64,000 bases of DNA from Gammaproteobacteria bacterium (GTDB taxonomy: Bacteria; Pseudomonadota; Gammaproteobacteria; SZUA-152), in assembly GCA_021647505.1 (NCBI GenBank), contig JAKIUN010000001.1, positions 97,828 through 161,827 of the forward strand, read 5' to 3'. Made by a program: the position numbers and the translations under genes. The notes beneath the pieces were generated by a model that worked only from the letters and a program-made list of their open reading frames with translations, made no database searches and had not been told where the DNA came from. Of this stretch, positions 1 to 8,689 are shown in pieces (the first letter of the stretch is position 1; each line of letters begins with the position of its first letter).

Positions 1-1842
1 GTCATCGCTGATCAGGCCGGCCATGTTGACCGTGGCGCTGGGGCGGATAGGCACCAGTTCCGGCGGCAGGAAGTCGGTGTCGGGATCGAGCATGCCGCTG
101 AAGTAGGCATTTTGTTCGCCATCGGTAATCTTGATACCGAGGCTGGCGCTGCCCAGCTCGAAGCCGAAGCTGAAGAACTTGAGGAAGTCAATGCCGACGT
201 TGAGGATGCCGTTGCCGCCGTATTCCACATCCGGTGAGAGACTGTTGAACAGGGTCTTGCCATCGTTGTTGACGTCCACGTCGACCACCAGTGAGCCGTC
301 CAGGTTCAGTGGCAGGCGGGCGAAGGGAATGACACCCTGCAGATACAGGTTGGCATCGAAGTTGCCAATCTCGTCACCGATACCCCAGGTGGTGTCAGGG
401 ACGAAGGGAATCAGACCTTGCAGGGACATGGCGATGCCGAGGTCTTCCACGCCGCCAATCTCAGACAGGCCGGGCAGACTGCCAGTGAGGAAGAAGAAGG
501 GGTCCAGTGGGTCGAGCACGAAGGTGACGGACTGACCGCCAGGGGCCTCGAAGCCGATGGGGCCGATGCTGGCCTCAAAGCCGGCACTGAACTTGAAGAA
601 CAGGTACTGACGGCTATCCACCAGTGGTGCCTCGAGGTCGGCCAGATTGCTGCCGTAGTCCAGACCCACATCGGCAATCACCGGAGTGCCGATTTCGGCA
701 TCGGCGAGGATGCCTACACTGGGGAAGGGAACCTGGGCGGTGCCGCGCAGGCGCTCGATGCCGGCCAGGGCAGAGTCGCCGTATTCGAATACCAGCTCGG
801 CTTCTTGCAATACTATCTCGCCCAGCGGAGTCAGCAATAGCAGTGAACCACTGGCCTGCAGGCTGGTGAGAATGCCATTGATGTACTCCTCTTCGAGATT
901 GTCCTCGCGTATGCGGAAGGTGATCTGACCCACTTGCAGGTCACGGAAAGCACTGGTGTCGACCACGTCGGCGGGGTTGCAGCCGGCGTTGTTGACGGTG
1001 TCGCCGGCGGCATTGTCGGGGCACAGGTCGAGTTCGTCGGGCACGCCATCGCCATCGCTGTCGGCCTCGACAATGACGCTGATACGCACGCTTTGTTCGA
1101 GGCCGGCGCTGGGCAGGCTGGCGCTGGGCAGGCTGGCGCTAAGGGCCAGTTCGAAGCGTCCGGCTTCGAGGCTGGTTACCGTCTGACTGAGGCGATAGCT
1201 GTTGCTGCCGGAGGCGAGGCGGATGGTGCCGCTGTTACTGTTACCCAGGCGCAGGCCACGGTCGCTGCTCTCGCGCAGGTTCAGGTCGCGGAAGGTGCCA
1301 TCGGGGTTGAAGGCCAGCAGTTGGTAGCTGATGTCACGGGTCTCACCAAGGCCCATGCGCAGCTCGAGCTGACCGGCCTCGAAGCTGAGGCTGGCTTTGC
1401 GTTCGGCCTCGATGATCCACACGAGATCCTCGACGCGGAAGGGCAGGCTGAGATCGCGGCGCAGGACGAAGCTCTTGCTGCTGTCTTTGCTGCCGTTGGC
1501 GATGACATTGTCGAAGCTCAGGGTGCCGTCAATAAGGGTGATGCCGTCCGGGGTCTCGACGATGCGTGCGGTGACCCTGCTGGCGGGGAAGTCGTCATTA
1601 TTCAGGCTGGCGCGGTAGGTGTATTCCATGGTGCTGTCATCGATTTGGCGGCTGCCCTCCAGAACGTAGCCGTCAATCTGTGCCGTTGCGGTAAGGATTT
1701 CCTCCTGCAGACTATCCGGTGCATTGGGCAGGGGTACGGGTGTGCTGGTGCCATTATCACAGGCACTGAGCAGCAAGGTGAGCAGCAATACGGCACTCAG
1801 CCAGAGTCCGGGGGGCGAGCTGCCGTTGGGTTGAATGTGCAT
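1..1842 (-). CDS. Large secreted lipoprotein, C-terminus cut by window edge (>=614 aa), with a thrombospondin type-3-like Ca-binding repeat
   Basis: Absent from the ORF track because it has no stop inside the window. Read by hand: ATG at 1842, then 614 sense codons down to nt 1; the upstream in-frame stop is at 1867-1869. N-terminus MHIQPNGSSPPGLWLSAVLLLTLLLSAC is a signal peptide plus lipobox Cys. Contains DSDGDGVPDELDLCPD. The rest matches no family I recognise. Confidence 0.6.
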   Translation of the reverse strand, partial: MHIQPNGSSPPGLWLSAVLLLTLLLSACDNGTSTPVPLPNAPDSLQEEILTATAQIDGYVLEGSRQIDDSTMEYTYRASLNNDDFPASRVTARIVETPDGITLIDGTLSFDNVIANGSKDSSKSFVLRRDLSLPFRVEDLVWIIEAERKASLSFEAGQLELRMGLGETRDISYQLLAFNPDGTFRDLNLRESSDRGLRLGNSNSGTIRLASGSNSYRLSQTVTSLEAGRFELALSASLPSASLPSAGLEQSVRISVIVEADSDGDGVPDELDLCPDNAAGDTVNNAGCNPADVVDTSAFRDLQVGQITFRIREDNLEEEYINGILTSLQASGSLLLLTPLGEIVLQEAELVFEYGDSALAGIERLRGTAQVPFPSVGILADAEIGTPVIADVGLDYGSNLADLEAPLVDSRQYLFFKFSAGFEASIGPIGFEAPGGQSVTFVLDPLDPFFFLTGSLPGLSEIGGVEDLGIAMSLQGLIPFVPDTTWGIGDEIGNFDANLYLQGVIPFARLPLNLDGSLVVDVDVNNDGKTLFNSLSPDVEYGGNGILNVGIDFLKFFSFGFELGSASLGIKITDGEQNAYFSGMLDPDTDFLPPELVPIRPSATVNMAGLISDD

Positions 1843-1971
1843 TCGGGAAATATCCTCTCTACTTTTCTATATGTTGTTTGCAGCGCAGAAGGGTAGCAGC
1901 AGACATTCGCCTCCGGTATTAGCCAAAGGTCTAATCAGGTAACGGCGAGTGGGAGTGTAAACTCGGTACTT

Positions 1972-3765
1972 GTGTTTTATATGTGGAGACGTGTTTTGAA
2001 CCAGGTAACAGATAATATATCGCCCGAATTCGCGGCACATATTCACCGGGAAAAGATTCACTTGTTGCGGGCGCAGTTGCCCTTCGTGCTGATTGCGGTG
2101 ATTTTTGTCGCCACGGGTATCGCCATTATTTTCTGGAATGTGGTGGACGCATGGATATTGGTGCCATGGGTGGGGGCGCAGTACGGACTCAGCCTGCTTC
2201 GCTGGTGGTTGTCCAAACGCTTTGACCAGGTTGACCTCGATGATGTCGAAGCGCGCCGTTGGGGCTGGATCTTTGCGCTGGCATCGGGGGTATCAGGCTG
2301 CCTTTGGGGCAGCACAGCCTTTCTCTTCATGCTGCCGGACAACCCGTTTTATCTTATCAGCCTGATTATGATCATCCTCGGTATGGCGGCTGGCTCCATG
2401 CCTTCGCTGTCGGCCTATTTGCCAGCCTATGCCTTCTACGTCACACCGGCGTTGATCAGTCTGAGCTGGAGCCTGGCCGGGATTGGTGACCAGGGTTACA
2501 TCCTTGCAATCCTGACCCTGGTCTTCCTGGGGGTGAATCTGATGTTTGCCCGCAACGTTCACGATTCTCTGGTGCAGTCCCTGCGACTGCGCTTTGAGAA
2601 TTTGGCGCTGGTCGAGCAGCTGCGTGAGCAAAAGGCCATTGCTGAGCAGGCAAATCGCGCCAAATCACGCTTTCTGGCGGCCGCCAGCCACGACCTGCGT
2701 CAGCCGCTGCACGCCCTGGGCCTGTTTGTCGATGCCTTGAGGGGGGTGCAGGATGAGGCCACGCGTATCCGTTTGTTGTCGCAGGTGGATGTTTCGCTGG
2801 ATGCCTTGGGCAAGTTATTCAATGCCCTGCTGGATATTTCGCGTCTCGATGCCGGGGTGGTGGAGGCACAGGTGGAGGACTTCCCGCTGGCTCGCGTGCT
2901 GGAAAAGCTGGAGGGGGAATTTCGCGCTCTGGCGGAGCAGAAAGGGCTGAAATTCCGCCTGTTGCCTTGCAGTGTGGTGGTGCGATCCGATCCCCTGTTG
3001 CTGGAGCGCATTCTGCGCAACCTGATCAGTAATGCCATTCGCTACACGGAGATAGGCCGCGTGAGCGTGGGTTGTCGTCGCCGAGTGGGCTGCGTGGAGG
3101 TGCAGGTGTGGGATACCGGGTACGGCATTTCCGATGAAGATGTCGGGCATGTCTTCGATGAATTTCAGCAGCTCGACAATCCCGAGCGTGACCGCGCCAA
3201 GGGCCTCGGTCTGGGCCTGGCCATCGTAAAACGTTTGTGTGAACTGCTGGATTATCCCTTGCAGGTGCATTCAAGACCGGATAAGGGCTCGGTGTTTTGC
3301 ATCGGCCTGCCTCTGGGCCGCGCCGAGGCGGTGCTGGAACGACGCAGCGGCGTAGTGCTACCGGGCATGCAGACGGCACAGCAGCTGGTGCTAGTGATCG
3401 ACGATGAGGTGGATATTCTCGAGGGCATGCGTGAGATTCTGCTGCGCTGGGGGTTTGTGGTGCTGGTGGCGGAATCATTGCAACAGGCGGAGCAGGTGTT
3501 GGTGGCCTATGGACGCGGGCCGGATGCCATCCTGGCCGATTTGCGTCTGCGTGATCATCACACGGGTATCGAGGCCATTGAGACCTTGAAGGCCATTTAT
3601 GGCACCCATGTGCCGGGCCTGATCCTCACCGGCGATACAGCCCCGGAGCGTTTGCAGATCGCCGGTACAGCGGGCTATCGGGTTCTGTACAAGCCGGTCA
3701 AGCCGGCGCGCCTGCGGGTTGCCCTGCAGCAGCTGCTGGCAAGTCGTCCGGATGATCCTGGATGA
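1972..3765 (+). CDS. Hybrid sensor histidine kinase / response regulator
   Basis: Multi-TM N-terminus. H-box SRFLAAASHDLRQPLHAL; HATPase motifs DTGYGISDEDVGHVFDEFQQL and GLGLGLAIVKRL; C-terminal receiver domain (LVLVIDDEVDILEGM...). Start uncertain between GTG 1972 and ATG 1981. Confidence 0.9.
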   Translation: MFYMWRRVLNQVTDNISPEFAAHIHREKIHLLRAQLPFVLIAVIFVATGIAIIFWNVVDAWILVPWVGAQYGLSLLRWWLSKRFDQVDLDDVEARRWGWIFALASGVSGCLWGSTAFLFMLPDNPFYLISLIMIILGMAAGSMPSLSAYLPAYAFYVTPALISLSWSLAGIGDQGYILAILTLVFLGVNLMFARNVHDSLVQSLRLRFENLALVEQLREQKAIAEQANRAKSRFLAAASHDLRQPLHALGLFVDALRGVQDEATRIRLLSQVDVSLDALGKLFNALLDISRLDAGVVEAQVEDFPLARVLEKLEGEFRALAEQKGLKFRLLPCSVVVRSDPLLLERILRNLISNAIRYTEIGRVSVGCRRRVGCVEVQVWDTGYGISDEDVGHVFDEFQQLDNPERDRAKGLGLGLAIVKRLCELLDYPLQVHSRPDKGSVFCIGLPLGRAEAVLERRSGVVLPGMQTAQQLVLVIDDEVDILEGMREILLRWGFVVLVAESLQQAEQVLVAYGRGPDAILADLRLRDHHTGIEAIETLKAIYGTHVPGLILTGDTAPERLQIAGTAGYRVLYKPVKPARLRVALQQLLASRPDDPG

Positions 3766-3766
3766 T

Positions 3767-4417
3767 TCAGTTTGATGGGGTATCGCCGGCCAGCAGACCG
3801 AGGCGCCGGGCCTTCTGCGCACACTCGGTGCGGTTGCTGACCTTGAGCGCCTGAAACAGCGCACCAAGATGGGCCTTGACCGTGTGTTCAGTGAGGTTCA
3901 GCCGTTGTGCGATCTGCTTGTTGGCGAGGCCCTGGGCCAGCAGGGCCAGCACTTGGTGCTGGCGTGAAGTGATGCCCTGACTGGTGGAAGTCCTGTCGCT
4001 CGCTGCAAGTTGATCGATATGCGCGCGGATGCTGTCCGGCAGATAGATCTCACCCTTGTCGAGTACTTGGTGGATGGCGTCCAGCATTTGCTCGGCGTGA
4101 TGTGACTTGGGGATGAAACCCAGGGCGCCAGCGGCGAGGGCAGCGCGAATCTGGTGCAGGTTTTCACTCGCCGAGACCACCACCACTGGCACCATGATGG
4201 CCTCTTCGCGCAGGATGCGCAGCAGGCCCAGTCCATCGGTATCGGGCAGCCCCAGATCGAGCAACAACAGATCGAATTCGATTTCCCCGCGCAGCAGTTG
4301 CAGGGCCGCCTCACCGGCTTCGGCACAATGGATCTGCACGGTTTCATCCAGTTGCGAGAGGATGTGACGCATGCCGGCGAGAAACAGCGGGTGGTCATCG
4401 GCGAGCAGTATTTGCAT
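3767..4417 (-). CDS. NarL/LuxR-family response regulator
   Basis: Receiver MQILLADDHPLFLAGM...; C-terminal LuxR HTH ITSRQHQVLALLAQGLANKQIAQRLNLTEHTVKAH. Last gene of the minus-strand ntrYX-trkAH run. Its stop lies 1 nt from the convergent kinase stop. Confidence 0.9.
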   Translation of the reverse strand: MQILLADDHPLFLAGMRHILSQLDETVQIHCAEAGEAALQLLRGEIEFDLLLLDLGLPDTDGLGLLRILREEAIMVPVVVVSASENLHQIRAALAAGALGFIPKSHHAEQMLDAIHQVLDKGEIYLPDSIRAHIDQLAASDRTSTSQGITSRQHQVLALLAQGLANKQIAQRLNLTEHTVKAHLGALFQALKVSNRTECAQKARRLGLLAGDTPSN

Positions 4418-4441
4418 GGACTTTCCCCGTCCCCGTGTTTG

Positions 4442-5893
4442 TTATTTACGCCAGAAGGCCGGGCTGAGCAATACCAGCAGGGTGAAGATTTCCAGCCGCC
4501 CCAGCAGCATGGCGAAGCACAACATCCACTTGGCGACATCATTGATGGAGCTGTAGTTGGCGCCCACTTCGCCGAGGCCCGGGCCGAGATTGTTCATGGT
4601 CGCAGCGACGGCAGAAAAGGCGGAAACCTGATCCATTCCGGTGGCCATGATGACCAGCATAATGACGGCGAAGGAGCCGACATAGAGTGCAAAAAATCCC
4701 CACACCGCATTGATGACGTGTTCCGGCACGGGTTTGTTGCCGATCTTGACCGGACGCTGGGCATTGGGATGGATGAGGCGAAACACCTCGCGCATACCCT
4801 GTTTTATCAGCAACAGGAAGCGGATCACCTTGATGCCACCACCGGTGGAGCCGGCACAGCCGCCGATAAAGCTGGTGAACAGCAACAGTACCGGTAGAAA
4901 ACCGGGCCAGGCGTAGTAATCGGCTGTCGTGAAGCCGGTGGTGGTGCCGATGGAGACGGCCTGGAATATGCCGTGATGCAGGGAAGTGGCGAGGCCATCG
5001 AAGGTGCCGGTGAAGTACAGGTAGAGACTGGAAATGGTCGCACTGGTCGCGAGTACAGCGGCGTAGGTGCGTACCTCTGGATCCTGCAGATAGGGGCGTG
5101 GGCTGTTACCGCGCCAGGCGACAAAGTGAATGGCGAAATTGATTCCGGCCAAGATCATAAAGACCACCGCCACGGACTCGATGGCGGCGCTGTTGAAATA
5201 GCCTATGCTGGCGTCGTGGGTGGAAAAACCGCCGATGGCGATGGTGGAAAAGCTGTGGGCGATGGCGTCGAAGGGTGTCATGCCCGCCAGCCAGTAGGCG
5301 GTGGCGCAGGCCACGGTGAGGCCCAGATAGATATACCACAGGGCCTTGGCGGTCTCGGTGATACGCGGCGTGAGCTTGGCGTCCTTCATGGGGCCCGGCG
5401 TCTCAGCGCGATACAGGGACATGCCACCGATACCCAGCATGGGCATGATGGCTACCGCCAGCACGATGATGCCCATGCCACCCATCCACTGTAATTGCTG
5501 ACGATAGAACAGGATTGAGTGTGGCAGATCATCGATGCCGGTGATCACCGTGGCGCCAGTGGTGGTCAGTGCAGAGATGGACTCGAAGACAGAATCTGTC
5601 AACGACATTTGTGGATAGTCCGAGAGTATAAAGGGCACCGAGCCGGACAGGCCCAGCACCAGCCAGAACACCACCACAATGATAAAACCACCACGCAGGC
5701 GTACCTCCATGTTGGCGTTGCGTACCGGCAGCCACAGCACCGTGCCCAGGCTGAGGATGGCGGAAAAGGCGGTCAGAAAGGGGACGATGGCACCGTCGCC
5801 GTACCACAGGCCGACGGCTACCGGTGGCAGCATGCTGAGGCTGAAAACCATCATCAGCAGGCCGACGATGCGTTGTATGGTGTCGCGTTGCAT
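4442..5893 (-). CDS. trkH: Trk-type potassium uptake membrane subunit TrkH
   Basis: 483-aa polytopic protein with repeated pore-loop motifs (QWMGGMGIIV, IAIGGFSTHD, IGTTTGFTTAD, GSTGGGIKVIRF). Sits directly downstream of trkA. Confidence 0.93.
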   Translation of the reverse strand: MQRDTIQRIVGLLMMVFSLSMLPPVAVGLWYGDGAIVPFLTAFSAILSLGTVLWLPVRNANMEVRLRGGFIIVVVFWLVLGLSGSVPFILSDYPQMSLTDSVFESISALTTTGATVITGIDDLPHSILFYRQQLQWMGGMGIIVLAVAIMPMLGIGGMSLYRAETPGPMKDAKLTPRITETAKALWYIYLGLTVACATAYWLAGMTPFDAIAHSFSTIAIGGFSTHDASIGYFNSAAIESVAVVFMILAGINFAIHFVAWRGNSPRPYLQDPEVRTYAAVLATSATISSLYLYFTGTFDGLATSLHHGIFQAVSIGTTTGFTTADYYAWPGFLPVLLLFTSFIGGCAGSTGGGIKVIRFLLLIKQGMREVFRLIHPNAQRPVKIGNKPVPEHVINAVWGFFALYVGSFAVIMLVIMATGMDQVSAFSAVAATMNNLGPGLGEVGANYSSINDVAKWMLCFAMLLGRLEIFTLLVLLSPAFWRK

Positions 5894-5899
5894 GATGCG

Positions 5900-7273
5900 T
5901 TACAGGAAGGTGGCGCTGACCTGGAACAGGCGCTCCACGTCTGGGATACGCTCCTTGTCCACGACGAACAGGATGACGTGGTCTTCGGCCCGAATCACCG
6001 TATCATGATGGGCGATGATGACTTCGTCTCCGCGCACGACGGCGCCGATGCTGGCTCCCGGCGGCAAATCGATGTCCTCGATGCTGCGATCGACTACGCG
6101 CGAAGACGATTTGTCGCCATGGGCCACTGCCTCGATGGCCTCGGCGGCGCCGCGGCGCAGTGAATGCACGGCAGTGACATCGCCACGGCGCACATGGGTG
6201 AGCAGGCTGCCAATGGTGGCCTGCTGCGGCGAAATAGCGATGTCGATGATGCCGCTCTGCACCAGGTCGACGTAGGCCGCACGGTTGATCAGCGCCATCA
6301 CCTTTTTGGCGCCGAGGCGTTTGGCGAGCATCGCGGAGAGGATATTGGCCTCGTCATCGTTAGTGACGGCACAGAACACATCGGTGTGGTTGATGTGTTC
6401 GTCCAGTAACAATTCCTCATCAGCGGCATCGCCGAGCAGCACCAGGGTCTTTTCCAGTTCCTCGGAGATCTTTTTTGAACGCTCTGGATTGTGGTCGATG
6501 AGCTTGACCTGATACTTGTCTTCCAGGGTCTTTGCCAGGCGGATACCGATATTGCCGCCGCCGGCGAGGATGATACGCTTGACCGGCTTGTCGAGGCGCC
6601 GCAGCTCCTTCATGACGACGCGAATATGGCGCTTGGCGGCAATGAAAAACACTTCGTCGTCGGCCTCGATGACCGTATTGCCCTCGGGTACGATGGCCTG
6701 TCCGCGGCGGTAGATGGCGGCGACACGGGTCTCGATGCCTGGCATGTGTTCGCGCAGGGCCCTCAGCTCATGACCGACCAGCGGGCCACCGTAATAGGCT
6801 TTCACTGCGACCAGCTGTACCTTGCCGCCGGCAAAATCGAGTACCTGCAGGGCTCCCGGATGTTCGATGAGACGTTGTACATAGTCGGTAACCAGCTGCT
6901 CGGGGCTGATCAGCACGTCCACCGGCAGTGCCTCCTGAGTAAATAATTGCGGATGCGAGAGGTAGCCGACGCTGCGCACACGGGCGATCTTGGTGGGGGT
7001 GTGGAACAGGGTGTAGGCGACTTGGCAGGCGATCATATTGATCTCGTCGCTGTTGGTGACGGCGAGAATCATGTCGGCATCTTCGGCGCCGGCACTGGCC
7101 AGCACCTCTGGGTGGGCTGCCTCGCCCTGCACGGTGCCGATGTCGAGACGGTCACGCAGGGCATCGAGCTTTTCGCTGTCGACATCGACAACGGTAATGT
7201 CGTTAGCCTCGCTGGCGAGGACTTCTGCGACCGATGTACCGACCTGGCCGGCGCCGAGGATGATGATTTTCAT
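5900..7273 (-). CDS. trkA: Trk system NAD-binding subunit TrkA
   Basis: [19 protein letters not shown] Rossmann motif and a second RCK repeat ([15 protein letters not shown]). Length of 457 aa is typical. Confidence 0.95.
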   Translation of the reverse strand: MKIIILGAGQVGTSVAEVLASEANDITVVDVDSEKLDALRDRLDIGTVQGEAAHPEVLASAGAEDADMILAVTNSDEINMIACQVAYTLFHTPTKIARVRSVGYLSHPQLFTQEALPVDVLISPEQLVTDYVQRLIEHPGALQVLDFAGGKVQLVAVKAYYGGPLVGHELRALREHMPGIETRVAAIYRRGQAIVPEGNTVIEADDEVFFIAAKRHIRVVMKELRRLDKPVKRIILAGGGNIGIRLAKTLEDKYQVKLIDHNPERSKKISEELEKTLVLLGDAADEELLLDEHINHTDVFCAVTNDDEANILSAMLAKRLGAKKVMALINRAAYVDLVQSGIIDIAISPQQATIGSLLTHVRRGDVTAVHSLRRGAAEAIEAVAHGDKSSSRVVDRSIEDIDLPPGASIGAVVRGDEVIIAHHDTVIRAEDHVILFVVDKERIPDVERLFQVSATFL

Positions 7274-7308
7274 CGTGTTTCTAATTTAGGTGGTTGTTGA
7301 GTTTGTGG

Positions 7309-8655
7309 CTAATTATGTTTGTCGCGCCGGGTATCTATTCCCAGTGATTTCAATTTTCTGTACAGGTGGGTGCGTTCCATGCCCACCTGCTTTGCCACCT
7401 TACCCACGCTCCAGTCTGCCTGGCGCAGGTGGTATTCCAGATAGACCTTTTCGAATTGTTCGCGCGCCTGTCGCAGGGGGAGATTAAAATTGGTGGCAGC
7501 GGGCTCGCTGGTTTCCTGTTGGTTGCTGAGGATGATCTCAACCTCATCCAGTTCGATCTGCGATTCCAGCCCTCCCACCAGCATACGCCGCACTAGATTT
7601 TCCAGCTGGCGGATATTGCCCGGCCAGTGGTAGTAACGCAAGCGATTTTGTGCCGCCACGGAAAAACTGCGGTAGGGCAGACCCTCCCTGTCGCCGAGAA
7701 GGTTAACATAATACTGGAGCAGCTCGGTGACGTCCTCGGCGTGTTCGTGCAACGGCGGGATACGGATCGGTGCCACGTTCAGCAAATGGTAGAGATCCTC
7801 GCGGAAACGGCCGGCATGTACCTCCTGCTCCAGGCGGTAACGGGTGCCGGCGATAATGCGCACATCAAGGTTCTGCACTTCACTGCCGTTGATGCGTACC
7901 CACTGCTTGCTGGTCAATGCCATGGCGAGGTTTTCCTGTAGGTCGGCATCCAGCTCAGCGACGTCATCGAGATACAGGGTACCGCCATGGCATTGTTCCA
8001 GCAGGCCCGGGGTAATGCCGTCGGCACTCTCGCTGCCGAGCAGCAGGGCGGCGCCGTTGCCGTCACGGAAACTGCAGCTGTGGATGTCCATGAAGGGGCC
8101 GTTGTGGCGCTTGCCGCAGCCGTGCAAGTATTGGGCACAGAAGGTCTTGCCGCTGCCGGGTTCACCGATCAGCAGTACCGTGGTGTCGAAGGCGGCGGCG
8201 TGTTCGAGGCGTTCACGCAGGTGTTGCATCTGTGTACTTTTGCCCAATGGCGCGCTGTAGCGGGGCTGTTTTTTCGGCCCTGCTGATGGCGCGGCGGCGA
8301 GGGTTTTTTCCACTGTGTGCAACAGTTTGGCCAGTGACAGCGGTTTTTCGATGTAGTCCTTGGCGCCCAGCCGTGTGGCCTCGACGGCGGTTTCTACGGT
8401 GCCGTGGCCGGACATCATCACCACCGGAACTTGCAGACCCATGTCGGTAGAGAATTCTTTCAGCAGACTAATGCCGTCGATATCCGGCATCCAGATATCG
8501 AGCAGGATCATGTCCGCTTGCTGGCGGCGCATGATCTGCCGGGCGGCATTGCCATTTTTGGCGGTGATAACGGTATAACCCTCATCTTCGAGAATGTCCT
8601 TGACCGAGCTGCAGATATCCGGCTCGTCGTCCACAACCAGAATGGTGGCTTTCAT
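7309..8655 (-). CDS. ntrX: NtrX-type response regulator (receiver + AAA+ + Fis HTH)
   Basis: Receiver ILVVDDEPDI; Walker A GEPGSGKTF; Walker B TLYLDDV; C-terminal HTH. The sigma-54 contact loop GAFTGA is absent (LLLGSESADGITPG in its place), which is reported for NtrX. Paired with an NtrY-type kinase. Confidence 0.85.
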   Translation of the reverse strand: MKATILVVDDEPDICSSVKDILEDEGYTVITAKNGNAARQIMRRQQADMILLDIWMPDIDGISLLKEFSTDMGLQVPVVMMSGHGTVETAVEATRLGAKDYIEKPLSLAKLLHTVEKTLAAAPSAGPKKQPRYSAPLGKSTQMQHLRERLEHAAAFDTTVLLIGEPGSGKTFCAQYLHGCGKRHNGPFMDIHSCSFRDGNGAALLLGSESADGITPGLLEQCHGGTLYLDDVAELDADLQENLAMALTSKQWVRINGSEVQNLDVRIIAGTRYRLEQEVHAGRFREDLYHLLNVAPIRIPPLHEHAEDVTELLQYYVNLLGDREGLPYRSFSVAAQNRLRYYHWPGNIRQLENLVRRMLVGGLESQIELDEVEIILSNQQETSEPAATNFNLPLRQAREQFEKVYLEYHLRQADWSVGKVAKQVGMERTHLYRKLKSLGIDTRRDKHN

Positions 8656-8689
8656 GATGAATCTATGTTCCTTGGATCAATAGTCTGGA

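Noticed and set aside
934-1896. 320-aa plus-strand ORF, rich in G/A/V
   Set aside because: It is the antisense shadow of the 614-codon lipoprotein frame on the minus strand. It has GC-rich antisense-type composition and no motifs.
3763-3769. Convergent kinase and LuxR-regulator stop codons only 1 nt apart, considered as a special regulatory overlap
   Set aside because: Tight convergent ends are common in compact genomes and there is no hairpin or other signal here.
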